Of a stretch of 64,000 bases of DNA, positions 50,401 through 60,102 are shown piece after piece. Location: positions 1,773 through 65,772 of IMG/VR virus record IMGVR_UViG_3300034061_004392; one strand, 5' to 3'. This DNA comes from a virus. Taxonomy: Duplodnaviria; Caudoviricetes. The notes below the pieces were generated by a model. The model had not been told where the DNA came from and ran no database searches. It saw only the letters and a list, made by a program, of their open reading frames with translations. Each line of letters opens with the position of its first letter. Position 1 is the first letter of the stretch. Both the position numbers and the translations under genes were made by a program.

Positions 50401-50418
50401 AGTATAACAGATAGGAGA

Positions 50419-50790
50419 TTAATTGTCAAGCTTGCTTTGTGAATCACCTGGCAATACTCGATAATTATCTTCGACAGAATCTGGTGTTGATACTTCGATA
50501 ATTGTTCCTTCTTGATGGCAAACTAACTGATGCGGCATCAGTGGAGGATTATGCCAAACAGCACCCGCAGATAATCTAGAATGTTTTATTGTTGCATCTT
50601 TTGTGTCTATCCAATTTACTTGAAAGTCACCAGATAAGACATACCAAGTTTCATCTTTCTCAGCATGAAAGTGCATACTGAACTTTGCATCTTTTTTAAA
50701 GTGCATCATCTTACCACAATACTTATCGTTGGTTGCCCAGATTTCTTCGTGACCCCAACCTTTTTCTACTTTACCGGATAATCGCATCAT
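50419..50790 (-). CDS. Cupin-domain protein (sugar isomerase-like)
   Basis: VEKGWG.E.IW..ND.YCGK; FSMHFH..KDETW; P...H; EVST.D..EDNYR. Confidence 0.8.
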   Translation of the reverse strand: MMRLSGKVEKGWGHEEIWATNDKYCGKMMHFKKDAKFSMHFHAEKDETWYVLSGDFQVNWIDTKDATIKHSRLSAGAVWHNPPLMPHQLVCHQEGTIIEVSTPDSVEDNYRVLPGDSQSKLDN

Positions 50791-51544
50791 TAATTTCCTC
50801 TAGAGATGGTGCATAGACTCCTAAGTGTTTTACTGTAATTGATGCTGCACAATTTGCAAACTGGATAGCAGCTTCTATATTGTTATTCATTGTGTGATAG
50901 TATGCAAGAGCAGCAAGAAAGGTATCACCCGCACCACATACATCTGAAACTTCTACTAAAGGAGCAGGATACAAAACATCCTTATACAAAGCTCCTTCTT
51001 TTCCTTTTGTTACAATCAAGTTTCTGTGGTAAGACCTGAGTGCTTTACTTTCTTGTTCATTGATTTTCACATATATTTCTCTTTTTGGCCAAATATGATC
51101 AAACCGTTCGATATCCGTTTTCTTTGTATCAATAAAAATAGGACCTTGGTAGTAATCTATAATTTCTTCTATTGCTTCATAACTCAAAGAACCTTTATCA
51201 TAATCTGAAATGATGACACAATCTGGATTGTATTCTTTTATAGTTTCTTTAGATACTCTTATTGATTCGGAAATATTATTCTCGTCGATGCGTAAAAGCT
51301 GTTGACCACTTCTTTCATCAATAATTCTTGTTTTTACTGAAGCAACATTACCAGTTATATATTTTATATTGCAGCCGAGTTTGTTTAGATTCTCTGCAAC
51401 ATTTGATGACATGCCTCTTTTTGTTTCTTCACGAACAAAGTCAAACACGGGAACTGGTGCTTCGGGATTAATTCTTGTTACAGTGCCATATTGATAAACA
51501 TCAACACAGTCATCACCGTAAAGTAATACGCTTAATCGTTTCAC
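50771..51544 (-). CDS. HldE/RfaE domain I-like heptose-7-phosphate kinase (PfkB family)
   Basis: GD..D.Y..G...RI.PEAPVPV; K.R; ISDYDKG; KIN..E; DVCGAGDTF. Confidence 0.88.
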   Translation of the reverse strand: MKRLSVLLYGDDCVDVYQYGTVTRINPEAPVPVFDFVREETKRGMSSNVAENLNKLGCNIKYITGNVASVKTRIIDERSGQQLLRIDENNISESIRVSKETIKEYNPDCVIISDYDKGSLSYEAIEEIIDYYQGPIFIDTKKTDIERFDHIWPKREIYVKINEQESKALRSYHRNLIVTKGKEGALYKDVLYPAPLVEVSDVCGAGDTFLAALAYYHTMNNNIEAAIQFANCAASITVKHLGVYAPSLEEINDAIIR

Positions 51545-51905
51545 TTGTAGAGTATCCTTTCACCAAATCAAAGAAGATGATTTCTTTACATACATCTTGA
51601 CCAACAATATCTTTGCCAATATAGTCTGAACCTTTTACCATTGCATCATGCTTTGATATTAGTTCACGAAGGTCATCATCAGTTTCAAAATTCGCAACAG
51701 CATCAACCACTTTCAAGTGCATCAACATTAACATTCTGTCAACACAAGTATTGATTGGTCGTGTAGCACCTTTTAGTCTTTTAACTCTATCATCAGTGTC
51801 TACAGCTACAGTAAGAAAGTCACCTTGTTCTTTTGCGAACAATAACATTTCAAGGTGACCTCGATGTAGAATATCAAAGGTACCATTAACAAATATTTTT
51901 CTCAT
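51513..51905 (-). CDS. HldE/RfaE domain II-like nucleotidyltransferase
   Basis: NGTFDILHRGH; D..V..LKG..RPIN; KGSDY; GYSTS. Confidence 0.9.
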   Translation of the reverse strand: MRKIFVNGTFDILHRGHLEMLLFAKEQGDFLTVAVDTDDRVKRLKGATRPINTCVDRMLMLMHLKVVDAVANFETDDDLRELISKHDAMVKGSDYIGKDIVGQDVCKEIIFFDLVKGYSTSETIKRITLR

Positions 51906-52376
51906 TCTTGATATAGTTTTTTCTGCTTATGGCTTTTCTCTTGCATGGTTTCTTCCTCAAAGAACTTTCTAGGATTACCACACATAGAACACTTGGGATC
52001 ACCACAATTAAAAATATGTACTTTGTGGGCACGATGTGGCTGAAGCAAATATCGCCACTTGTGCATAGAATTATTTAATTTATGATATCCATAATCTTTA
52101 GCTAATTGAAGTTGCTTCTTTACATGATTTTCTTTTTGCTGAATTCGCTTAGAGTGTTTTTCTTTAGCTTCTTGATCCATCATATTATTCTGCCAAAAAT
52201 ATTGGGGAAGAACCTTCATGTACAAAATCTTCTGCTAACTTTTCTGCTTCATTAATTCTCATTTCACTTACTCTTTGTATATGTTTTCCATCAACAAAGA
52301 AATCAATCATGTAAGTATTTGAGAATTTAGATACAGTCGCTTTTCTATTGTCAATCTGAAACTCCGATAGTAGCAT
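51902..52376 (-). CDS. Two hypothetical ORFs (51902 with C...C..CGNPRK motif; 52185)
   Basis: ORF track. Confidence 0.55.
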
Positions 52377-53325
52377 TTGGCACTCTCCTTTGAATCGACT
52401 CCCACCGATAGGCAGTAGAGATTATTTCTTCTAACCCATATTTCGGTTTGAATTTTAATATTTTTTCTGATCGTTCAACATCTTCACATACTAACTTGGC
52501 AGGATCACCTGGTCTGCGGTCACTGTATTTAATCTTAAAATTAATTCCTGTAACTTCTTCTACCACTGTAATAACATCCAGAACAGAATAACCTGTACCA
52601 GAACCGAGATTAAAAATGCTAGAAGTTTTACTTTCATTTAGAAACTCTGCTGCCTTTACATGAGCCTCTGCTAAGTCAGATACATGTATATAGTCTCTTA
52701 TACAGGTGCCGTCAGAAGTAGGAAAATCATTACCATAAACAGTGAAATCATACAGGGTAAGAATACGAGGAATGAGATGTGATTCAGGATCATGATTCTC
52801 ACCAAACTCCCCATCAGGATCAGCACCAGCAACATTGAAGTACCTAAGAATAGCACTGTTAACTCCCTCTTTATTAGCATCTTTCAGAATAGTCTCACAC
52901 ATTCGTTTTGTTTGACCATATACTGATTCTGGATTCTCAGCAGCACAAGAAGATGAGAATACAATCTTATTACAATCATATTCTCTCATCAGCTTTAGGA
53001 TATTGATTGTACTAGAAACATTGTTCTCATAATAATAAGTAGGCATTTCTTCACTCTCACCTACTTCTATAGAACCAGCAAGATGAAAGACAATATCAAA
53101 ACTAAATTTGTCATCATCAAACATTTTACCATACTCTATCTCATAGAGAATATGGTCATAGTTTCTTATATCGGTATGAATGTACTCATCACAATATTTT
53201 GTTGCCATGAGTTGCGATGGATGTTTTCTATCCATCACAATCACATAGTAACCATTTTTCTTTAACTCTTTCTGGAGATGATGACCAATATAGCCAGTAC
53301 CTCCAGTAATCAAAGCTTTCTTCAT
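52351..53325 (-). CDS. galE: UDP-glucose 4-epimerase
   Basis: ITGGTGYIG; HLAG.IEVGES; YY.NN; FSSS; YG.TK; LRYFNVAGA; GE.H.PE.HLIP; DGTCIRDYIHV.DLA.AH; RR.GDP. Confidence 0.9.
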   Translation of the reverse strand: MKKALITGGTGYIGHHLQKELKKNGYYVIVMDRKHPSQLMATKYCDEYIHTDIRNYDHILYEIEYGKMFDDDKFSFDIVFHLAGSIEVGESEEMPTYYYENNVSSTINILKLMREYDCNKIVFSSSCAAENPESVYGQTKRMCETILKDANKEGVNSAILRYFNVAGADPDGEFGENHDPESHLIPRILTLYDFTVYGNDFPTSDGTCIRDYIHVSDLAEAHVKAAEFLNESKTSSIFNLGSGTGYSVLDVITVVEEVTGINFKIKYSDRRPGDPAKLVCEDVERSEKILKFKPKYGLEEIISTAYRWESIQRRVPNATIGVSD

Positions 53326-55460
53326 GCAATCAATCCAATAAATTTAGTCAGAACGGTACGATTAACAATCTTACCTGTATTGTACTTAGTAAAGGCAGAA
53401 ACAAGACTACGGGTAGTTGTCGATTTTACTTCAAGTTCACTATCATCGTCAACATCAGTTTCGGCACGAATCAAATAATATTCATCATAGCCACCAGTAG
53501 TGCAAACAATGCTCTTTTCTTTCATGAAAGTATCACGCAGAGCCTCTTTGTTTGCTGTTGGAGGATATAGTCTGCCAATTACATATCTGGAATCTTTTTT
53601 GTCTAACAAATAGAATCCAATAATGTTAGTGTTTGTAACTTGTTTTAAAATCTTAAGTGCAGCCTTTGTATAGTTTTCGGTTGCGCTATCTTCAATTTTT
53701 TCAGACACACCGCTTTTTACATGTCGAAGAATACCTTTTACTTTTCCACTAGATCCAAAATAATTATATTCATCAGATTTAGTCATGAATTTTCTTTGAA
53801 GGTGATGTCCTTCACCATCTGTCAAAAATACAGTATTCACAATCTGTAGTTTGTTTTCTTTTTGAAACTCTGGAATGATTTTCATTGCACAGAAAATGGT
53901 TTCATTTAGTGGTGTGTAGTGCATACTCATCCAGTCGGGGAGGTCTGCGGTGAAATGTCTACGACCACTAGGATTATGAGAACCTTTAAGTAATGCAGAT
54001 GCCATATAAGTCATCTCACTAGAACTCATCTTACTTGAGAACAAATTCAATAGGTTAACTTTCTTCAACATAATATCGCCATCATTATAATTTACGGCAG
54101 TATATGAATCAAATTTTCCAGCAGTACCAGTTTCATCATAGAAGCGAGTTGAGAATGCATACACCTCAAAAGGAATATTTACTTTCTTGCAGAAAAGAAC
54201 CAGATTCAAAAGTTGCTTAATTGTTTGGTGAAGATTGTCTGACATAGAACCAGACCAGTCCATGAACATGACAAGACCATGTGATTTACCGCCAGGAACA
54301 ACAGTCAATCTTTTGAAGATATCGTCATTGAATTTGTATGAATAAACCTTGCTCATATTGAGTTCACCAGTTTTTGCAACAGATGCTCGTTTCATTTGAT
54401 CTGCGTTTTTACGGAGTTCAAATTCTTTAACAAGATAAGAAACTACTTTTCCTGATTTTGCACGGAACTGATTGAATGTTGCAGGATTAGCATCATGACA
54501 CCAAATGCTCTTTTTGTGTCTTTCAATGATATGCTTGAATGGCACAATAATTTTTTTCAGATCAATATTCTCAGGAATGTTTCCATAAACATAATCAGCA
54601 CCATTGGCATTGATTAGTTCTTTCTCGTTTTTACGGAATGCATCATCGGTATGAGATTTAAATTCATTATCAATATTATTATCTTCAGAATTTTTACCAC
54701 TCTCATCTTCAGATTCTTCATCTTCAGCTTTTTCATTTTCTGGTGAAGCATCGACACTGTTTGATTCTTCTTCACTTTCAGATTCTTCAGAATCATCCCA
54801 ATCATCATAATCAAAAGAATCATCTGAATCGGTTTCATCAGACCATTCTTCGCTTTCTTCTCCTTCACCATCAGAGGCTCGTTTTTCCTGTTGTTTTTTC
54901 TTTTCTTGACGATACATCTCCATGATCTTTTGTGAAAGAACAACAACCTCTTCAAATGTTTCTAGTTCTTCCATTTCACGGACAATAACCATTTCTTCAG
55001 CATTGAACTTAATGCCTTGAGATGCACCAACTTTGAAATGCATATTCAGGCGATCTAGAATGTTCATGGCATTCAGATCAACACCTTTGGTTTGAAAGAA
55101 ATTGCGGGAAACAAGTTCACGATAGGCTTTTGAGAAAGAAGCACGAAGGCCAGGATACTTGCGTTTGATTAGTTTTTCAATTCGTGCATCTTCTACAACA
55201 TTAAGAATAGACCTAGGAATTTTAAGATCGATAATCGAATCGTGCCAACCTTCTGCTGGTGTATTCAATGCATGACCAACTTCATGACCAATGAAAAGGT
55301 CATACAGTTCAGGAGTTAATTCATCCTTGAGGATAGGAACAACAAGCTTGCGTTCCTTTGTATTGAAATATGCGGTAGGAACATTTTTATGTTCAACAAT
55401 CAGGTTTTCTGTCGCCAGAAGTTTAGCGAGTTGAGTTTTGGATTCTTGAGTTGTTAACAT
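53322..55460 (-). CDS. Peptidase-like/VWA (CobT-like) protein, putative partner of the MoxR ATPase
   Basis: LAKLLATENL; HEVGH (HExxH); acidic linker; MIDAS DWSGSM...TPL...LTDGE. Confidence 0.85.
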   Translation of the reverse strand: MLTTQESKTQLAKLLATENLIVEHKNVPTAYFNTKERKLVVPILKDELTPELYDLFIGHEVGHALNTPAEGWHDSIIDLKIPRSILNVVEDARIEKLIKRKYPGLRASFSKAYRELVSRNFFQTKGVDLNAMNILDRLNMHFKVGASQGIKFNAEEMVIVREMEELETFEEVVVLSQKIMEMYRQEKKKQQEKRASDGEGEESEEWSDETDSDDSFDYDDWDDSEESESEEESNSVDASPENEKAEDEESEDESGKNSEDNNIDNEFKSHTDDAFRKNEKELINANGADYVYGNIPENIDLKKIIVPFKHIIERHKKSIWCHDANPATFNQFRAKSGKVVSYLVKEFELRKNADQMKRASVAKTGELNMSKVYSYKFNDDIFKRLTVVPGGKSHGLVMFMDWSGSMSDNLHQTIKQLLNLVLFCKKVNIPFEVYAFSTRFYDETGTAGKFDSYTAVNYNDGDIMLKKVNLLNLFSSKMSSSEMTYMASALLKGSHNPSGRRHFTADLPDWMSMHYTPLNETIFCAMKIIPEFQKENKLQIVNTVFLTDGEGHHLQRKFMTKSDEYNYFGSSGKVKGILRHVKSGVSEKIEDSATENYTKAALKILKQVTNTNIIGFYLLDKKDSRYVIGRLYPPTANKEALRDTFMKEKSIVCTTGGYDEYYLIRAETDVDDDSELEVKSTTTRSLVSAFTKYNTGKIVNRTVLTKFIGLIA

Positions 55461-55539
55461 TTTGATATCTCTCTATTGAAGATAAGACATTATCTCACAA
55501 AACAAACCATTTGTCAATAGCAAACCTGATTGTTGTTTT

Positions 55540-55722
55540 TTATGCAACAGCACTTATCACAACGACATTACCAGCTTCGTCTACTTTTAGGTCAAAGTTT
55601 ATTTCTGTACCTTCGCCCCATCCAAGTTCCTGTAGCATTTGATCTGGAAATTCTATGTATACATCTCCACTACCATCGTTACAATCTTTTACTGTCGTGG
55701 TATATACTTTTGGATTATCCAT
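55540..55722 (-). CDS. AbrB/MazE-like small DNA-binding protein
   Basis: GD..IE.P...L..LGW.EG..I. Confidence 0.6.
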   Translation of the reverse strand: MDNPKVYTTTVKDCNDGSGDVYIEFPDQMLQELGWGEGTEINFDLKVDEAGNVVVISAVA

Positions 55723-56040
55723 TTGCGACCTTTTGTTTTAGTTCTTCATAATAATCTAAATCTTTTTGCCACTTTGACATAACAGCCCACTTCTTTACAA
55801 TTTCTTCGATTTCTGCCAAGGCTTCGATTTGTTGGTCTGCGATTGTTTTGGTTTCCATGTAATTCTCCTTAATGATAAAAGTCACTTCGATCAGTCATAA
55901 AAATCATTTTCTCTTTTTTCTTTTGAGCCATAATTTCAACCATTTCTACAAAGGTATCATATTCCTCCTGTGACATTTCTTCAATCATTTCTCCCATTTC
56001 TTCAAGTAGAATAAGTTCTTCATCGGTGAAGTTCTCAAGC

Positions 56041-56742
56041 TCATTCAAATTTAAGTCCAACATAGCCGTTGTTCCTTTCATCATAAATTGTAGACAAACG
56101 ATTTTTTGCAAGTTCAAAAACTTCAGGAACAATTTCTGCTCCAGTCCATTTTCTACTAGCATAAACACATGCTTCTGCGGTACTACCCGATCCCATGAAT
56201 GGATCAAAGATTAATTCACCAGGATTTGTGTATGCATCAATAAAATGATTCAATAATTCGGTAGGATAGTTGTCAACATAGGTTTTATATGGTTTGACAG
56301 GATGTTCTAACACATCAGGAATAGCAAGGTCACTAAATTCCTCCCGAGAAAACTGTTTTCCGGGGCGCTTGAAGGTTAAAACAAAGGAGTAGTTAAAACG
56401 ATATAGATTAGCTGCCTTTGATCTGACCCATATTTTTTGACTTTTATGTACCCATCCCAATTCTTCCATTGTTTGGGTCACAAAGGTGTGCTTTTTGATG
56501 ATTTTTCCACCAGATTTTCGATCTCTGAGAACAATTGTAACGACATTATTGATTGGTTTGAGTTTGGAGAAGGTGTCATACATCAAATTTTCCCATTTTC
56601 TCATGGTTTCATCTGGATTTTCACCAATTTCATCAAAATCCGGGGGTGATGTAATGACATAGTGATACTGGAGACCCCGATCCAGGGTCTTTAAGCAGTC
56701 CTCATTATATAAAACACATTCATCCATAGGTGCGAACATCAA
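56041..56742 (-). CDS. DNA adenine/N4-cytosine methyltransferase (beta class)
   Basis: N.DCL; ITSPPD (motif IV variant); DPFMGSGST (motif I); G.E. Confidence 0.8.
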   Translation of the reverse strand: MMFAPMDECVLYNEDCLKTLDRGLQYHYVITSPPDFDEIGENPDETMRKWENLMYDTFSKLKPINNVVTIVLRDRKSGGKIIKKHTFVTQTMEELGWVHKSQKIWVRSKAANLYRFNYSFVLTFKRPGKQFSREEFSDLAIPDVLEHPVKPYKTYVDNYPTELLNHFIDAYTNPGELIFDPFMGSGSTAEACVYASRKWTGAEIVPEVFELAKNRLSTIYDERNNGYVGLKFE

Positions 56743-56855
56743 TTTTCTCCTTATGTTTCACTTTTCGGGTATATCGTACATCGATTGTATGTTTTTGTGG
56801 GGCAGGAATAGGTGTACGACAGATCGGCTTTGGTATTTTCACATGTATCTTCATT

Positions 56856-57218
56856 TTATCGCCTCATTCTGGCAATATCTTTTGCTTCGGTATCATTAAA
56901 AACAGGAACAGCGTTAGACTTGTGCAAAGTACCAACACCTAGCATTTTGTCGCCAGTGTATTGTGTAACTTTATCTTTTCTGTTCCAGTTTGCAACCTGT
57001 ACGCCTGTGTCTACTGAAGGATATTGCTTAGGATTTCGTTCCGCAGGGATAACAAGCTTAGGCATTTTGTTGCTAGTTTTGAAAGTTGATTTTGTTATCT
57101 TAGTAACTTTTGGTGAAGTACCAATACCAACTTTACGGCACCACGCATCATACTCAGCTTGTTGCACTTTTGTCAACTTCTTTGATTTTGATTTGCGAAT
57201 GTAGCCATAAACTATCAT
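56856..57218 (-). CDS. Conserved hypothetical basic protein
   Basis: YTG....G..T.HKSNAVPVF...A.DIA.MRR; own TTGACA promoter at ~57246-57274. Confidence 0.7.
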   Translation of the reverse strand: MIVYGYIRKSKSKKLTKVQQAEYDAWCRKVGIGTSPKVTKITKSTFKTSNKMPKLVIPAERNPKQYPSVDTGVQVANWNRKDKVTQYTGDKMLGVGTLHKSNAVPVFNDTEAKDIARMRR

Positions 57219-57482
57219 AATGATGTCCTCAATTAATGAGACTATATTATATCAAGCTAGGAACGAATTGTCAAGGATTATTTTGTTTCAATATTTGTAA
57301 TGACGATCATCATCTTCATGGCGGTTTTCATATTCCCATTGCCTTAGCTTTTTCTTAACTTCACCATGCTCTTTGGATTTGCGTTTCTTTCTTGAACTTT
57401 TAGCAAATTCAAAATCGTCACCGTAATCATTATTTTTACGGAATTTACCAGCAAACTTAGTCATTTGATTTTATGAACTCCA

Positions 57483-57860
57483 TTATTTCATTAGTAGGAA
57501 CTTGATGCCTTTCATTTTACCTTCAGGCGAGGTTTCTTTATCTCCGTTTTTAGATATAAAGATTATTTCGGAATAAGGATAGCACATTTGCACTATCTTG
57601 AGTAATTGACATGCAGTACCGTCAGCATCATTATACATAAAAACTTCATCCACAAATTTTAAGTGTTTGACGATCTCTGATCGAGAGTTGTAGTTTTGAA
57701 TAAAGCCTTTGTCATACTTTGTTAGGTAAATATCGGAGTGTACGCCGACAATTAACCAATCGCCTTTTGATTTAGCTTTTTTTAAAAAATTGATATCTGA
57801 TAATTCTATAGGATCAAACGCACCAATTGTTACTATTATTTTTTCTTTTCTTAACTTCAT
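57483..57860 (-). CDS. Degenerate cytidylyltransferase-like protein
   Basis: G.FDP but lacks HxGH; A...GD.LIVG..SD; R..I...LK.VDEV. Confidence 0.65.
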   Translation of the reverse strand: MKLRKEKIIVTIGAFDPIELSDINFLKKAKSKGDWLIVGVHSDIYLTKYDKGFIQNYNSRSEIVKHLKFVDEVFMYNDADGTACQLLKIVQMCYPYSEIIFISKNGDKETSPEGKMKGIKFLLMK

Positions 57861-58279
57861 GGTAACATGTTAGGAAAACACTCCTTGACAAAATTATAAG
57901 TTAGTCCTTTTACACCTAAGTCTTTTCTCATTATTCCTATAATAACTTCTGATTCTCTTGGTTCTAAAGATTCTAAAAGTTGAATCAATAATTCATTTTT
58001 TCTTTGCTCATTCAAACTCAATGATGTTGGATGTCCTTCCTGAAACAGATAGATTCTTCGCAATTCCGTCCCGAGATGAGCAAAAGAAACTCCAGGTAAA
58101 GTATCAGGAACTTTATAATTATCCGGTACTTCTTTTACTGTCCATTTATAATCTGGATGAAATGCATATTCTAATACTTTTACAAAAGTAGGAGAAAGAT
58201 TTTGCTCTATTACTTTTTTTCTATCTGCTTTTGTTTTGGCTTCTTCAAATTCATCAAATATTTCATATATATTTTTCAT
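57857..58279 (-). CDS. Conserved T4-like hypothetical protein
   Basis: E.R.LY.F......L...R...L.IQLLE.L...E; usual neighbour of rnh. Confidence 0.65.
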   Translation of the reverse strand: MKNIYEIFDEFEEAKTKADRKKVIEQNLSPTFVKVLEYAFHPDYKWTVKEVPDNYKVPDTLPGVSFAHLGTELRRIYLFQEGHPTSLSLNEQRKNELLIQLLESLEPRESEVIIGIMRKDLGVKGLTYNFVKECFPNMLP

Positions 58280-59136
58280 TAAAATTCCTCAATTACATCC
58301 ATCAAGTTTTTTAGTCTATATTCAATAAAGTAATTTAATAACTTACTTCTTGAGGCTGGTTTTGTTTCTTCATAAGTATTTATGATTTTTTCTTTTATAT
58401 CGCCTGGTATAAGTCTCAGATCAATCAATAGTTGATTTCTAGTGAAGCCAGTATTTGCAGTGGATTCATATTCACTATAATGTTCAGCCAAAAACTTTTC
58501 CAGTTTACCTTTTGTGATAGGTGTCTGGCGTTTATCTAAAACGAAACAGTCTGAAGATGACAGTATGTTAGGAATACCATCGCCTTTGTCGCCTTTGATG
58601 ATTTTTTCTTTGAGATCAATTGCCGGATTTTCAGAAATAACAAATTTCTTCATTGCAGGATTATACTGCTTCACTTTGTATTTACCGTTTGCATTATATG
58701 CTTGAAGTTGAAGAAAATCACCATCACTGGAGATAATAAGAATATCTTCATGCATAATATGACGAGGTACAAGTGTGCCAATGATATCGTCGGCTTCGGC
58801 ACCATCAACATCAATTACTTTATATGGAAAGTTTTCTTTGAGTTCTGCTTTTAGTTTAGATAGAATATCAAATATGAGGTGCCAATCGAGATCAGACTTT
58901 TCTCTGGCTTTTTTGCGCCCAGCCTTGTAGAAAGGAAAAATAGATTTACGCCAGTAGTTACGATTATCGCAACAAAGCACTATCTCGCCATATTCTTTAA
59001 ACTTGTTGGTATGAGTTCTTAGAACATTTAATACTAGATGGCGAATAAGTCCTTCTTCAAGCTTGACATTTTTTTGTGATGCGAGTTGTGCCATAATGCC
59101 AGATAGCAGAACTTGATTTAGATCAATTAGTATCAT
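58279..59136 (-). CDS. rnh: T4-type RNase H (5'-3' exonuclease)
   Basis: MILID.NQ; CD..NYWR..FP.YKA.R; EADDII; SSDGDF.QL; KGD.GDGIPN. Confidence 0.95.
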   Translation of the reverse strand: MILIDLNQVLLSGIMAQLASQKNVKLEEGLIRHLVLNVLRTHTNKFKEYGEIVLCCDNRNYWRKSIFPFYKAGRKKAREKSDLDWHLIFDILSKLKAELKENFPYKVIDVDGAEADDIIGTLVPRHIMHEDILIISSDGDFLQLQAYNANGKYKVKQYNPAMKKFVISENPAIDLKEKIIKGDKGDGIPNILSSSDCFVLDKRQTPITKGKLEKFLAEHYSEYESTANTGFTRNQLLIDLRLIPGDIKEKIINTYEETKPASRSKLLNYFIEYRLKNLMDVIEEF

Positions 59137-59166
59137 GATAACACTCTATAGTCAGGAAACTACAGT

Positions 59167-59511
59167 CTACTCTATTTCCTTCAATTTGTCAAACATATTT
59201 TGGATGAAATCGCTGGAGGTAGTTGTTTTTTTAGCAACTAATCCATAGAAGTCACATTTTATAACTCTAGAAATATATTCCAAAGGTTCAATCAAAATAG
59301 CCTCAAACAGATCGGGATCTATAGGATATCCTTCATTGTCTTGTTTGAATAAAACAATGTGATACATGTTTCCCATATTACATGCGTCAACATCTTCACC
59401 TGGTGTTTTGTATTTTGCTGCTTCTACTTTCACCATATCTTCTTCTGGTCCAGGCATGAAAAAGACTGCATCAAAATGATCATCCTTCAGTTCTCTCAGA
59501 AATTCTAGCAT
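59167..59511 (-). CDS. Hypothetical protein
   Basis: ORF track. Confidence 0.55.
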   Translation of the reverse strand: MLEFLRELKDDHFDAVFFMPGPEEDMVKVEAAKYKTPGEDVDACNMGNMYHIVLFKQDNEGYPIDPDLFEAILIEPLEYISRVIKCDFYGLVAKKTTTSSDFIQNMFDKLKEIE

Positions 59512-59917
59512 TGTATGCCTTAATATGTGATTTTCTAACTCTTACCATTATCCATACATTGTAATAGTCATTACTTTCCATTACACCACGAACAAACTGC
59601 TCTTTTGCTTCTAAATATCCACATTCGCCTTTTGATTTACACAAATGTAATATCTGACGGGAGAAGTTTTCTTTCCCGTGTAGTATAACATCATTTTGTA
59701 GTTCTGCGTTAGAGCCATAGTAAGTTTGCCAATCACTAGCTACTTTCACTTTTTTCTTTTTACCTTTGACTTGTTTGGTTTTGGCAGAATAGAAAAATTT
59801 CTTGCCTATATATTTTCTTTTATTCGTAAGATTTATAATCTCGTAGACGAATCCGTAATTATCACCAATCAAGTCTTCCGTAAAATCTTCGTTATTATAT
59901 TTCCAATTTAATTCCAT
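59480..59917 (-). CDS. GIY-YIG endonuclease (T4 endonuclease II-like)
   Basis: GFVY.I.N....KYIGKK; SDW..YYGS; F.R.IL.LC; E...QF; YYN. Confidence 0.85.
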   Translation of the reverse strand: MELNWKYNNEDFTEDLIGDNYGFVYEIINLTNKRKYIGKKFFYSAKTKQVKGKKKKVKVASDWQTYYGSNAELQNDVILHGKENFSRQILHLCKSKGECGYLEAKEQFVRGVMESNDYYNVWIMVRVRKSHIKAYNARISERTEG

Positions 59918-60093
59918 TCTTCATCATCTTCAGAGTCCTCATCTTCTATATATTCTTCTTCAATTTCTTCGATGAGTTCTCCGCAGAATGGGCAATGCTC
60001 TGGATATTCTTGAGACACAAATTCCTCTGTATAGTTGATTTGATAGGATGATTCGCAGCTATGACATTCTGCTGTTATTGTTTTATCGTTCAT
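59908..60093 (-). CDS. Small zinc-ribbon acidic protein
   Basis: C..C...CPFCG with acidic tail. Confidence 0.65.
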   Translation of the reverse strand: MNDKTITAECHSCESSYQINYTEEFVSQEYPEHCPFCGELIEEIEEEYIEDEDSEDDEEWN

Positions 60094-60102
60094 TTGATTT
60101 CC

